From positions 85,616-149,615 of the forward strand of contig MNCI01002773.1 in NCBI GenBank assembly GCA_015680685.1: a stretch of 64,000 nucleotides of DNA. Direction: 5' to 3'. A program made the position numbers and the translations under genes. This DNA comes from Gnetum montanum. Taxonomy: Eukaryota; Plantae; Gnetophyta. How positions within the stretch are numbered: the stretch's first letter is position 1; each line of letters begins with the position of its first letter. The notes beneath the pieces are model-generated. The model worked only from the letters and a program-made list of their open reading frames with translations. It made no database searches and had not been told where the DNA came from. Of the stretch, positions 26,894 to 40,269 are shown one piece after another.

Positions 26894-27189
26894 ATGATGT
26901 GAATGATGTGATCATGAATGCTAGAGTTGGAATGCATTGATATTTAATGTACCAAAATCAATGAAGCAACATAGCTATACCTAAAAAGATGTGGGTCTTC
27001 ATAAAAAAAATTTGGATTAACAAATAACTAAAAAATTAATAATTTATAATCAAACTATCTAAATATTACATCAAATGCAATGTTTATCAACCATCAACAT
27101 TACAAAATATTGTTATCCACAATAGTATCCAATTTGACTCACAATTGAACCAATGTTAAAAGTGGTATTTTCTAACATCCTCTCTCAAA

Positions 27190-30100
27190 CAAAGCATGGG
27201 GTCATTACTACAACCATAATCCTTGAACAAAATTTTAGAGATTTTCAGAGCTAATAAGTTCAGTGAAATTGCGAGCTAATTGATCAATGATGTTGATATA
27301 GACAAGCTCTATAAACCCTTCAATGAGGATTTTTCTAATATAATCCACTATAACTTAATGTGCTTTTTTCCTTCATGGAAAATTGGATTCTTGATTAACT
27401 TTATAGCACTCTAATTATCATAGTACAAAGTTATTATTTTGAAATATCTTCTTTTAATTGAAAAATAACTAATTTAGCAACTTCAATTCTATTATAAGAT
27501 AAATATCAACTCTATATTCTAACTCTATTGTGGACAATAAAACTACCTTATGTTTTGTAGACCAACATGATATCATATTTCCTCTATATTTAATGAGGAA
27601 CCCAATGGTAGAACGTCTTATTCTAGTGTCTCCATCATAGTCAATATCTATATAACTTTCTCATTGAATTTTTGAAGAATAATCATAGATAAATTCATAA
27701 TCTTGTGTTTCTTTAATATATTTTTAAATTCCCATATCTATCTTCATTTGACTTCTTATAGACTTTTAGTTAAACCGTGACAAAATATTTACTACATACA
27801 TAATGTTTGATCTTTTATTAGTTAAATAAATCAATTTACTAATCAACCATCAAAACTCCATTGGTTCTTTAATTAGTTTTGAATCATCCTTCCTAGAACA
27901 ACTATCTAGATCCAAAGGTATCAATTTTGGTTTGTAATCCAACATATCATACTTCCTCAGAAGCTCAACCATGTATTTCTTCTTAGTAATACATATAGGA
28001 TTGGATGAACAATCAATCTAAAAATCCAAAAAATAATTGAGCATGTCAAGATTTGGTCTTTCAAATATTGACTTCAAATGATCCTTAACCTTTTAGATCA
28101 AATCTATTGACTCCCTAGTAATAATAATATCATTAATATATAATACAAGTATAATGATGTTCCATGAGTCTTTAGTTGAATAAATGTACAAACTAGCATC
28201 TAAATTAGCTCTATTGAACTCTTCTTTATGTAAATATTTATCAAACTTTATGTACTATTTTAGGGAAGCCTTTTTCAAACTATACAATGATTGTTCAAGT
28301 CTGTAGACATAATTTGAATATGAAATTTTCACAAAGCCTTTAGATTAGCACATAAATATCTCTTCTTATGTATCTCCATTCAAAATTTGATATCTAATTG
28401 ATATAGCTTCCAACCATACATTCTACAAGGGATAAAATGTCTCTTATGGTTCTTTGCTTCATAGTTGCAGAAAATTATCTTTATAATCTATATATTTGCA
28501 TTATGCATAGCCTTTTACTACTAACCATAACGTTTACTTATCAATTGTACTATCAGACTCTTCTTTTATCTCAAGCATTCATCTACATGAAAACACTTTA
28601 TGAGATTTGGTAGGCTTGATAAGTTTACATTTTCCTTTCTTTTTAATTATTTCAAATTATGCCAAAATAGCTTTTATCCACTCTTTATTCTTAAGTACTT
28701 CTTGCACACCAAGGACTCATTAGCTTCAAACATCTCTTCTAAATTACTTAGGTCAAAAAGATCTTACATAGGAAATGATTTTCAATATTCTAGAGGGTTT
28801 ATAGGTAGCTCATTAGTATGTTCTAACTCTGTTGTTCTAAAATCCTCTAATTGATTTTAAAACCATAATTCTTGGTGACCCACAGTTTCAAGATGTTGAG
28901 CAGAATTATGATCATGATCTATGTTAGCTTCCTCATCAACATCTTCTCTTAAGGAACTCTTAGATTAGAATGGATGTGTAATTTGAGAAGAAGGAATCAT
29001 CTTCTTCTTCTCTGAAATTTATGCGGTTGTGGTTGAATTTGAGATATATCAGCAAAAACAACAAATCTAGAAATTTGAATCTTTTGTTCATTAATATCCC
29101 ACACTTAGTATGGTTTATAGATACATATATATCTGAGCAACAACAAAACCATAACTTTTAGATACAACTTTTCATAGTTTGTTAAAGAGATATGGATATA
29201 ACAAAATTTTCTTAATGACTAAAGAGATATCAACATAAATTCTTTGTTAGATCATTTGCATATTGCAATAGTGTCATTTAAGATTGTAGTTGCAACACAA
29301 TTTTTGATCTAAATCACATAATATAATACTTCTAATCAAAGAAATGTTGGTACTCTATATTATGCAACATGCATCTCAAAATCTTCATAATTCTATAGTT
29401 TTTTATTTCAAGGACAACATTTTATTAAGGAGAGTAGGACACCATGAATTAATGTTGAATTCCAAAATTGTTAGAAAACTAATTAAACTCATTTGAGGCA
29501 TATTTACCTCCATCATCAAGCCTTAGGATAGTGATCTTGTGGTTCTTCTCATTTTCAACTAAATTCTTAAAATGTTTGAAGTTATCAAGCACCTAGGACT
29601 TTGTGACCAACTTGTGGATCCAAGTCATACTAGTAAAGTCATCAATGAATAATGCAAAGTGTCACTCATTTCCACTTACTTTAAGACCAAAATGAGTGCA
29701 ATTATTTGAATGGATCATCAATGCATATTTTTCCCAATCTACAATTTTTGTAGTTTAAATCCTTCATCAATACATCAAATTTGGGGATTGTAGGATAAAA
29801 TCAATGCAACTTCTTTAAGGTGTTCACATTTACATGCTCAAGTTTTAATTACCAATGCATTATGTTAACTATATTTTTTTGCAAAAAATGGCTATTTACT
29901 AATTTGAATACTCCCCTATTTGGAACTCAAAATGCAAACTTTTAACTCCCATAGTTTATACAATAATATAGTTCACCATGGCAGCTTTTAGTAAAATAAA
30001 CTATTAAGCCATCTTGCACCAACTTATAAACAAATACTAATGTTAGGCAAACTTGGGTGAGTAACATATGTTCTTTATTGAATATTATTAATTTTAATAT

Positions 30101-31090
30101 TCCCAATATTAAAAATTTGTATTAACCTTCTATCATCAATCTTAATAAAGTGGGGATTTGTTATCTTCTTAGAATTAAACAATAGAGATCTATTTTTTGT
30201 AGAATGGCAAGAGGTACCAAAATCGATATAGACCAAACCATCATCCATATTATTAGTCATGGTTGTTCTAAAATCAACCAAGGAATATTGAAAAACTAAA
30301 TTATCTCTTTGACAGTATGTGCTCTTTGATTTTAGAAAGAATTACTCTTATTATTAGAAGAAGAACTTTCTTCATGTTCCTTTGTCTTATGCATTTTCTT
30401 AGCACAATTCTTTATAAATTTGATAGCTTGCTAATTTCTCATGATTTTGACTTTAGGATTCTTTATGTTATCAAATAATGATCTATATCATGATTCTACT
30501 CCTTTTTACAGATATGAAAATATCATAAAAATTACATTCTCTTATGATCATTAATTTTCTTAGAGACCAGCACCTATGACCAAGATTCCCCTGCATGTTT
30601 AAAGTATGTCTTCATCTCAGCTTTCTCCTTGAGTACTTTGGCATGTAACTTTGAAATCATGTATGCTTTTCTACCATTCCTAACATTTTTTCTTAAAACA
30701 TCAAAGAATTATGAAAAATCTCTCAATAGATAAAATTAAATATTTTTCTTAGATACTTGGGTATTATAGGCTTACAATCTAGCTTGCAAGGTCGAGACAT
30801 TCTTCATCAATGTAGAGGCTAGTTCTCCCTCCTTCAATCACATAGCATTAAGATAATTCTAGAGAGATACTATCTTTAACTCATTCTTTACTTCAAAAAT
30901 ATTTGGCAATTTTTCCATGTTTTATATGTGGACTCTTCTTTCTTAACCAACTAAATATATTCCTTAGAAATGCTTAGGCATATTAGTACTTATGCCACAT
31001 AATTACTATCATCCACAACTATGATTAATAGTATACAATCTTTCAAGTCATTTTCTCTTAGTAACATCCTTATTTAAATCTTTGAAACAT
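27190..31090 (-). pseudogene. Copia gag-PR-INT-RT-RH relic of E
   Basis: PR YIDFGTSCH (about 30220); INT IIHSN, FIDDFTSMTW, ILRLDDGGKY; RT LVLYINDIII (about 28140); RH YYDN*SAIKLIKNPIFHEGKKHI (about 27400). Confidence 0.88.
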
Positions 31091-31262
31091 TAAAATCAAT
31101 CTTCATGAGAGCTTAAGTGGGAGCATAGGCTTTAGGTATTTTCATTGGTAGTTTTAATTTTCTAGTCTAATCACTCATGGCTTCAGTAATAGTATAAGAT
31201 GATGAAGCAATTTTCTTCTTCTTAGGGGCTAACTTGAATAATCATACTCACAAACTAGCCTT

Positions 31263-31273
31263 CTCTAATACCA
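31263..31273 (-). promoter_or_regulatory. tRNA-Met PBS of E
   Basis: Minus strand tggtattagag (compare tggtatcagag), abutting the LTR. Confidence 0.75.
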
Positions 31274-31592
31274 TGCAAGAAATGGTAAGAAAAATGTAAA
31301 TCATAAATAAGATATTTTGGGTAGTAAGCATAATCAAAGGAAACAAAGATCAAAACCCTAATGCAATATTCCAAGGATGTAAATGATGTAATTCTTAATG
31401 CTAGAGTTGGAATGCATTGGTATATAATGTACTAGAAATTAATGAAGCAATGCAACTATAACTATGGAGATGTGACTCTCCATAAAAATATTTAGGATTA
31501 ACAAGTAATTAAATAATTGATAATTTGTAATGCAGTTTTCGAAGTCCTACATCAATGGTAACGGTTATCATGTATGAACATTACAACATATG

Positions 31593-34218
31593 TGTTAGCG
31601 ACCGTTTGGGACACGACCGCCAACGAGTGTCCTCGAATAGGATTTAGGTGCTTGCTGGTCTCTGGCAACACCAAGGCCCAAATACCTCCAAATAAAATCA
31701 GTAGTTAATGTGAGTATGTGTGTGTGCTGTTGCGGCGTGCAGTTGTGAAATATGAAACGATTGNNNNNNNNNNNNNNNNNNNNNNNNNNNNNNNNNNNNN
31801 NNNNNNNNNNNNNNNNNNNNNNNNNNNNNNNNNNNNNNNNNNNNNNNNNNNNNNNNNNNNNNNNNNNNNNNNNNNNNNNNNNNNNNNNNNNNNNNNNNNN
31901 NNNNNNNNNNNNNNNNNNNNNNNNNNNNNNNNNNNNNNNNNNNNNNNNNNNNNNNNNNNNNNNNNNNNNNNNNNNNNNNNNNNNNNNNNNNNNNNNNNNN
32001 NNNNNNNNNNNNNNNNNNNNNNNNNNNNNNNNNNNNNNNNNNNNNNNNNNNNAAATAATATGGAGATTCACTTTAAAGATAAAAATAAGCTATTCTGGTC
32101 CCATCAGAATACCAAAGATTTTCTAAACCCTCTTGACTATTGAATCGTTCAACGGCATGACTACAAACAGAGGCTCTCTTACAACGATCCCAATAGCGGT
32201 TCTTATATGTTGCACAATAACAAAATTTACTACTAAAATGCTTTTAAGGCTTTTAAACACAAGCACTTCTATGGCAAAATTTTAACAGAAATTTTCTATC
32301 GGGCAACAAGAACAATAAGAGCAATCTAAAAGTCCCAAAATTACTTGCCAAGGATGATACTATCTAAACCACTAGCTAAACAATTTAAAATAAAAATAAA
32401 AAATAACTCAAAAAACCATGACAAAGAGGTTGAAATCCTTTATTTAGCAAGCCATATTACAAGCAATCATTCACACTTTCTTCTTTACAAATGCTCTTCT
32501 CTCAAGACGCAAAGTGTGTCTCCAAGTGAGAGCCCAAGTGCTAGCTAGTAGTCTTCTAAAGTGTAGTATCAATGTCTTCTTCCAAGTGTGATATGTGAGC
32601 CCCTTTTCTTTTGACCCCTGAAGCCTTTTTATAGGGTTTAGAGGTAGTTACATATTCAAAAATATCTTACCTATCTTCTCTCTCAAGTAACTTGGCCAAC
32701 CAATTAGGAGATTACTTGCCCAACAAGTTAGGTAAGCTACAAAAAATCTATCGTGGTTGTAACCATCATATAGATAAAAAATCTGCAGCTGACAAGTGTC
32801 TAGTTCATGTATGATATTGGGCAAATATCCCATAAATTTTTGTCTTTGAATATATTTTAATATAGAGGTATCCAATGTTCATCTTAGTTAAGTTGAGGCT
32901 TTAGAAATGTTTCATTTTCACAAACGAATAGAATTGAATATAAAATTGATTTAAGGGATGGCCGATGAAAGAAAATATACTTTTCAAAAGTGAAGGCCTT
33001 AAATAATTTTTCCAAAGTTAACCGAGATATCGTGAAGGACGCAATATGCAGTTAAACTAGCTGCCCGATGGCTTCTCCTGCTCGTAGCCCACCTCCGCAG
33101 CTTGTGCTTCGCTCCGCCGAACTTGTCTCACTCACTGAACCTCCCGAAAATACGATGGTAGTTGGAACCACTTCTACACATGGTTCAGCAGCAGTTGCCA
33201 TTTTTCCCATGTTGGCAATGAAATGTCTTAGAACTGCAAACCCTCGGTGATGATGACCTGCTTCTACATGTGGGCCACGTTCGAGTATGGCACGTGAAGC
33301 GCCAACGGTGTGGGTGCATCCACGATTACCACCTGTCTCCAGCGAAGAAAACAAACACCTTCCTTGTCCTTGGAAGCGCTTAGTATTTTTTTTCGATAAT
33401 CACCCATAACTGCAGGCGTAGGTGCAAGCACAGTAACCACCTATGTTTTAGCCCTATTTCGTCTATTTTGCTGTAACCTGTTACTTCAAAAACTATTAAA
33501 TTGCTTATTGTTACATGCTCTGGCCAAGAAATTAGGCTTACTATAAAAATAGAAAAACAAAACCTTGCACGGCAAGCATTTGACAAAATTCCAAAGAGGA
33601 ATATGAGGTTATCCCTGGCGGTTCTTGGCATTTTTTATCAGTAAGCATAGCTTTCATAATTTCATTGTTTTGGTTGTCGTATTGGTGAGAACCACCATGT
33701 TGCTTTGAGAGTAAGTGTACCATCTTTCCAGCTTCCAGAAAATGTTTTTCCAATGCCTGGACTATGCCACATTATATCACAAGATGTGCCTCTGTTTCTG
33801 AAATTATTTGGCACAGTACACTGTTTCTTCTTGCTACAAGATCAAATTTTCTCTATTTATTGATTTTAATTTGAATCTGTCCTGGTCTACGTGAAAAGCA
33901 GGACCGACCCCATCTCTGTTAATGTTTATCGTCAATATGCTTGTATAACCAAACCATGTATATTTCTGCGTCCACCACCACTGCTGAACCATTTCTAAGC
34001 CCATAACTGGTTGACTTAAAACCTTTCCCGATAAGCATCGGGTAATATGCTGAAATATTGCACTCTTTGCCCAATGTATAAGGTTAAAAATAAAATATGT
34101 GTTTTATCACCGTATAACTCATATGAATCTTTACACATATTTTATTTTTATTCTCTTTTCCTTTTATTAAAATAAACTGAAACTCCTGCTCCATGAAATG
34201 GCTTAAAATGTGCCAACA
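31593..34218 (-). mobile_element. D2: second large solo LTR of the D family, inside the 5' LTR of E
   Basis: TGTTAGC...GCCAACA; perfect TSD ATATG (31588-31592 and 34219-34223). 31593-32800 aligns to D1 12976-14270. Removing it restores colinearity between E's LTRs. Confidence 0.88.
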
Positions 34219-34298
34219 ATATGGTTACCCATAGTTGGACATGGTTTAGCTCATGAATGAATCAATGTTGAGAGTGATATTTCCTAACAATAAATAAT

Positions 34299-34360
34299 GA
34301 GGTATTATCCTAGTGGTAAGACTCTTGATTTGAGAGTTCCAAGTCATGGGTTCAATTAAT
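34299..34360 (+). mobile_element. Possible tRNA-derived SINE head or tRNA-like relic
   Basis: A-box-like atcctagtggtaag, stem-loop actct-N7-agagt, B-box-like gggttcaatt; no acceptor stem. Confidence 0.35.
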
Positions 34361-34509
34361 AGTGAAGAATCCTCAGTTATAAAATTCTAATTAGACTTTA
34401 TATCTTGCGGTGTACCTATATTACAATTATTTTAGGGTTCCCTAAGAGCTATGGTATTAAAAGTAATAAGGAGAGATGTAATAGTTGCATTATTAGGCAT
34501 CTTTAATGA

Positions 34510-35216
34510 GAATAATTATCTTCAAATATGAAATCTATTTAAATAAAAATCAATTTGATAAATGCTACTCATAACATTCCACAATCCCTGTGTAGTTTTT
34601 TCACCTTTCAAATTTATAAGTTAAATACTTGGATTTAAGCCTAGGCATAGCCACTTAAAGAGGTTTGCATTTCTCTCATCTACTAACACCTCTGAGACAT
34701 TGCTTAGTAGGATGAGCATTTTCACTCTAGGTGATGATCCTTTAATTGCACCAAGGGCCAACCAATCCAAATGAGTCTACTCATCTTTCTTCATCTTAGT
34801 AGGCTTGATTCTAGTTAGGTAGACTTCTTATTTATCTTTGACTAAGATATCTTTCATTTAAACCTTTCAAATATTGTAATTGCTACCATCAAAATTTTCT
34901 ACTTCTTTAATGCATCTTAAACTACTCACCATTTCCAAAAATGTGTTCGCTTAACAAGATAAGGATCTAGATAGTAAATTCAACATCAATTTGATACCAG
35001 TTTGTTAATTTACATTTCAACTAAGTAAAAAATCATAATAAAAATAATAAAAATAGAGACTTAATCATGAATTAAAAGAAAAAATGAGATTATTCTAGAG
35101 AAACCATATGAAAAACCTAGTAATGGCTTTAACTCTTAGCAACCTTTAACTCCAACTAAGCATTATAAGAGAAGTACATATAATACCTTAATAACTTGAT
35201 GATATGATGCCTAAAT
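34510..35216 (-). mobile_element. Copia F 5' part: gag N-terminus, Met PBS (34991-34999) and start of the 5' LTR (from 35003), cut by C
   Basis: Minus strand EVENFDGSNYNI*KV*MKDILV; tggtatcaa PBS. Linkage to the 26-kb fragment is inferred from strand and domain order. Confidence 0.7.
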
Positions 35217-35394
35217 TGAAACACCACAAAATTTTAGGTCTCAGCATCTCAACTACAAATTTGGCTAAGTGTCAAAACAATGGCACTTTGCCCTTATTTT
35301 TCAAAGTGTTGAGTGTAGTCAACTCCAACTGCCAGATTTGCAAAAAAAATTTGAGTGTTAGAATGATGAAACTTTTTGCATATTCACATGTCAA

Positions 35395-35760
35395 GTTGCA
35401 TAGTGCAGCACAGCGTAGCACCATGTCATGCTGCCTAGCGTAGCATAGCGTAGCATCCTGTCATGCTGTGTAGCATAGCATAGCGTAACACCATGTCATG
35501 CTATGTAGCGTAGCACCATGTCACGCTGCATAGTGTAGCGCAGCGTAGCACCCTATCACATTGTGCAGCATAGCATAGCATAGCACCATGTCATGCTACA
35601 TAGCATAGCAAAGCATAGCACCATGTCATGCTACGTAGCGTAGCATAGCATAGCACCCTGTCACGCTGTGCAGCATAGTACAGCGTAGCACCCTGTCACA
35701 CTATACAACGTAGCATAGCATAGCCACATGTCAAGCTGTGCAACAGATTGTAGCGTAACA
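35395..35760. repeat. Tandem array of about 30-35-bp units built on GCATA/GCGTA pentamers (U3 of C)
   Basis: gcatagcgtagcacc(a/c)tgtca(t/c)gctg repeats; also at 42920-43132 and 44079-44205. Confidence 0.9.
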
Positions 35761-35764
35761 CACC

Positions 35765-36120
35765 TAGCTCGCATCCAGTGTCCTGTGCATAACACAGGAC
35801 AAGCCCAACAGCTAGCATCCCATGTCCTACACATAACACGGGAGAAGCCCAACAGCCAGCATCCCATGTCCTGCGCATAACACGGGACAAGCCTAGCAAA
35901 CAACATCCCATGTCCTACGTGTAACATGGGACAAGTGTAGCAGCCAACGTCCTATGTCCTGCATGTAACATGGAACAAGCCCAACAGCCAACATCCCATG
36001 TCCTACGTGTAACATGGAATAGGCCCAGTAGCAAACATCCCATGTCCCACACGTAACACGGGATGAGCGTAGCAACCAATGTCCTATGTCCTACATGTAA
36101 CATGGGATGAGCATGGTCCC
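35765..36120. repeat. Tandem array of about 44-bp hairpin-containing units, about 8 copies (U3 of C)
   Basis: catcccatgtcctacgtgtaacatgggacaagcccaacagccag with internal inverted repeat tcccatgt/acatggga; also at 44205-44565. Confidence 0.9.
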
Positions 36121-36921
36121 ATCCACCGCACTTCCATGTGGCACCTAATATGCATTTTGGGCTAACCCTAGCCCTATAAATGCCCCTGTAACCTCTTTTG
36201 AGAGAGAAGGGGGGGTTGGCTTCCATTTTTCACCAGTAAGGCAATTAGCACTTCCATTTGGCATTTTGGCACTTTGGCATCTTGGCACTTAGCGTCATGG
36301 GAGAACAAGACCCAGAGCACACTATACCAGTAGAGAAGCATAGCTACACCACACGCTACACTACAGCCCCATTGTAGCCCTGTAGAACATCACATAATAC
36401 ACTGTGGCTACCAACCTGGCAGGCATAGTTCATCACAGTAAGCACCAAACTTCACAGTCTAACACCACTAAGGCTGGGAACTACACTCCCACTACACCTG
36501 TTGTACACTGTGTACCTTTTGAGACATTTTGTGAATTAGCTACGCTTCCTCTTTTGGGGTGCTACACTACTATTCTCAAATTCTGTTACATTTCTCAAGT
36601 ATTCCTCTTTGGCATTCAACATAACACTTGTATTTTCTCACTTTTTCATACATATTTGAATGTTTACATCACTGTTCTTAGGCTAGGACACCTTGCTACA
36701 CTCTAGCCTAGATGGACCCAATGCCCGTGCGTAACATAGTATAAACCCTTTTCACAGACATTTTTTTAACACCACATAAGTCCCTGTCTAATCAACCAGA
36801 TCGTTCAAGGCATCCCATTTCCATTTTCTCTAGCATGTCCCTCACACAGATTCGGAGTTAGGCTGTACACCCGGTGACCTCTTGATGTTCCAACCACTGA
36901 AATTTTTGGATGACATAGTTT

Positions 36922-36938
36922 TACAGCTAGAAGGAGGG
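36922..36938 (+). promoter_or_regulatory. PBS-like motif of C
   Basis: tacagctagaaggaggg directly after the LTR; resembles the tggcgctagaaggaggg motif I recall from Tat elements. Priming tRNA not assigned. Confidence 0.6.
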
Positions 36939-37019
36939 CCTAAACCATTTTTTTCTGCATTTTTAATTAGCACGTAGTCAAAACTCTGGATGTTCCAGAG
37001 GGTGTAACAAGTTCTCAGA

Positions 37020-37225
37020 GCATAGAAAGCTCTAGCATAGCAAGCTTGACAAGCTATAGCATAGCAAGCTCTAGTGTAGCAAGCGTAGCAAGCTCTAGCA
37101 TCACAAGCATGACAAGCTATAGCGTAGCAAGCTCTAGCGTAGCGAGCGTACCAAGCTCCAGCATTGCAAAAATGACAAGCTATAGTGTACCAAGCATACC
37201 AAGCTCCAGCATAGCGAGTGTAGCA
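37020..37225. repeat. GCATAGCAAGCTCTA-type tandem repeats in the 5' UTR of C
   Basis: Repeated agcatagcaagctct / agcgtagcaagc. Confidence 0.8.
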
Positions 37226-38014
37226 CTAGAGTTGGTCATTTTTCAAAATTTTCATACTTAACATTTTTTCTGCATTTTTACATAACCATTTTTCTATATT
37301 TTTATACTTAGCCATTTTCCTGCTACTGGCAAACTTAGTTACTTTTTTGCAATTTTTAGAGTTAGCCATTTTCTACAAACAGTAACTCTCACAACCCAAT
37401 CTATGAACATGAATCCATATCAACCTTCCACGTTAGGATCCAACCAAAGCGTGCTGTACTAAGCCATGAATAATATAATTTTGTTTGTGCCAAAATCCAA
37501 GTAGGATTACCAGTGAATTATCTTAATTTGAAGGCAAAATAAGACTACGAACGAGTCCATTGAAATGGACGGGAGTACAACCCCTCCTTGTTTGACATAA
37601 TTCCATTTACAGAGTCCTACCACCAATTGTTTTCCCAACTCATCCATTCAAACAAGCATGATGCAAGGACAACCTACGAGGAAGCTTCACAGAAGAAAGA
37701 GGATGAGTTTGAGGCCCACTCCGAGCATGAGATCCCCCTCTACACCATCTTCCAACAAACACTCCCTAGTACAATCCCTTCTTGGTTTGGCCCATCCATC
37801 CTCTCCGAGATGGTGACCATGCTAATTCAGCCTTCCTCGCAAGCAACTAATGCATTTTCCCAACACTATGGTCATGTAGGGGCCACCTCTAAACCCCAAA
37901 AAACTTAGGCATCCTACATCCCACCTGTCTCATTGGCATATGTGGTGTTTATCCAACCCACTTGTGTGTGGCCCACCTCGGTCATCATGCCCATTCCTCA
38001 ACCAACACATCAAC

Positions 38015-38165
38015 TAAAACCATCTGCTACGATTTTAAACTGGCAAAAACTGTCTACTATGATGTTAAACTGGCAACAACCATCTGCTATGACATTAAAT
38101 CAACAACAACCATCCGCTACGATGTTAAACTAGCAACAACCATCCGCTACGACGTTAAACTAGTA
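38015..38165 (+). repeat. 30-bp tandem repeat x5 upstream of the gag core in C
   Basis: aaccatc(t/c)gcta(c/t)gatgttaaact(g/a)gcaac. Confidence 0.88.
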
Positions 38166-38389
38166 AACTCCACAACCAACAATTTGACCCTATGCTATGC
38201 AACCAACATAAGCCCAACCAATGCAATCAGCTGGCACATCCTCAAGCTTGGATTAGGCATTCCAGCTAATCCAAAGCTTGACGAAGAAGATCAACTAACT
38301 CAAGGCTACCTCCTTTGACACCATCAAGGTGGTGGACTTCTATCAGGATGATCCCATAAGTCCTACGGTACCACCTCTAACTCTCCCAA

Positions 38390-39390
38390 CTAGGGTCCAG
38401 CTGCCATAATTCACCAAGTACAATGATGAAGGGGACCCCAATGCATACTTGGTCACATTTCAATCTAAGTGCCTACTCCTTCAAGCTTGGCCACATGCCA
38501 TCATGTGAGTGTTCCCCATGTCACTCATTGGCAAGGCCTTAGACTGGTATCACATGCTACCCAAGGCCTCAATCTCCACTTTGGAGGATCTCATAAGCCA
38601 ATTTTTGATACACTTCAGGTACAACCTAAAGCCTAAAGCAACCCTCAACTAGCTCATGTAGGTTAAGCAGGGGCCTCTAGAACCCGTGCCAAAATTCCTC
38701 CAATGTTGGAATGCTACATTGAGTGAAATGCATGAACCCCTAGTAGAGACACATCTACTAGCCATCTTCAAAGGTGTAGTGAATGACTTCATCAAGTCTA
38801 AACTATACTATCTAGCCCTAAAGTCTCTTAGTCAAGCCTTTGCCTAAACAAAAAGCATAGAGGAAGCAGTGCAAGCTAGCAATAACCCACCCTACATGGC
38901 TTACAGAAACCAACATGCTCACAAGTAAAATAAAACAGTGGCAACAATGGCTGCAAGCACAAAAGCAACCAACTGGGGCCTGACGACTAAGCAACCCAAG
39001 GCCCCAACTAACAAAACTACCAACTCTGGCACCAACTCACCTACATTAATAGGGGCTACCCCAAGGTCCAACTTTAAGCATAAGGATCATTCAAGGTATA
39101 CACCATTACTGATGAAACCCTCTAAACTATTGGAGCAACTCTTGAAAGTTGGGAAAATCCAATACAAACATGTATCAGAGATGCTCACCAAAAACATGAT
39201 AGGTACTGCGAACTGCTAAGGAACCCTACCTCAGCAATACCAAATGAGCCCCCAGTCCCACAACACTTCAAGCTAGAATAATACTATCATTATCACTAGT
39301 TGTTTGGTCATAGTACAGACAATTGTTGTGCTTTGCAGGATGACCTGCAAAGAATGATAGAACAGGACCAATTAGTGCTAGACACAGTGA
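38390..39390 (+). pseudogene. gag relic of C
   Basis: FTKYNDEGDPNAYL..F...VFPMSLIGKALDWYHMLPKASISTLEDL..QFL.HF; zinc-knuckle remnant YYHYH*LFGHSTDNCCAL at about 39280. Confidence 0.85.
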
Positions 39391-40269
39391 GCTAATCTAA
39401 TGCAGATGATGCTTCCTATGTCATAAACTCCATTAGCATAGGTAGCAAGCCCAAACCTATGCAACAACCTTTTGTGGTCCATGTGCCTCTTAACAAGGCA
39501 AGGGTCCCCTTAGCCTCCACAAGCAAGAGGCCTCCCTTTGTTATCAAAGTGTCACCTTGGGCACCCACAACACCCTTTGTGGTCAAGGTTCCATAGCAAC
39601 CGTCCACTAAGATGTTGAACTGGCATGACAAAGCAAAAAAAAATCACTAAGAAACCTTTCATCATCAAGGTTCCACAACAAGTTGGTAACACAACAACTC
39701 CTAAACTACCATTTTTCATAAGGATGTCACAACATGAAGGCCCCTCACCTACTTGAAGCCCAACAGTGGGCAACATCTCGATCCCTCCTCCTTCAAGGGT
39801 TGACCCCATTAGTAACCTAGGTAGGCCTACCAAATGGCAATGCAAGAGGACAAATGAGTGCCTCACGACCCCCTTGGTTGAAGCAAAGGCTATAATCAAT
39901 AAGCAACAACCAAACACTAGGGCCCCTACCCCCAAGCAAGCTAAGAAAACCAAGGCCAAGCCTCCTCCCTGAGAGATCTGTCTTTCAAGCCAACATAATA
40001 GCCAATGGCACAGGCTTCGTAGCTGCACTAACCCAAGTGAAACAAATGCTTAAGCAAAAGAACACAATATTGAGCTTGTACAACCTGATCATGACCTCAT
40101 CTGCTCACTGCCAAGCATTGGCCCAAATCTTGGCATCCATCCCTACAGATGAGGCTTCCATCCCTGCAAATGAGGCATCCATCCATGCAATGATGTTGCC
40201 TCCTACACCACAAGAATTAGGTTCAACATCTCTAGCCTTTCATGATAATGTAGTAAAATTCAACCCCAA

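Larger units (their letters stand above)
26895..34289 (-). mobile_element. Element E: decayed Ty1/copia element; 5' LTR 31274-34289 (split by D2), 3' LTR about 26895-27177 (truncated on its left)
   Basis: The LTR copies share aatgctagagttggaatgcattg...ctaaca. tRNA-Met PBS at 31263-31273, PPT at 27178-27188. No TSD found. Confidence 0.85.
35217..36917 (+). repeat. 5' LTR of C (1.7 kb)
   Basis: Starts tgaaacaccacaaaatttt; TATA ctataaat at about 36174; colinear with the 3' LTR. Confidence 0.9.

Noticed and set aside
31595-32143. Long ORFs containing X runs (also 23796-24035)
   Set aside because: Artefacts of N gaps.
33052-33354. 100-aa ORF as a host gene
   Set aside because: Lies inside solo LTR D2, has no recognisable domain and is absent from D1; kept only as a possible captured fragment.
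34299-34360. Functional tRNA gene
   Set aside because: No acceptor stem and a non-canonical anticodon loop.
35661-36226. Overlapping Cys-rich ORFs (also 44140-44547 and 17649-18291)
   Set aside because: Translations of LTR tandem repeats.
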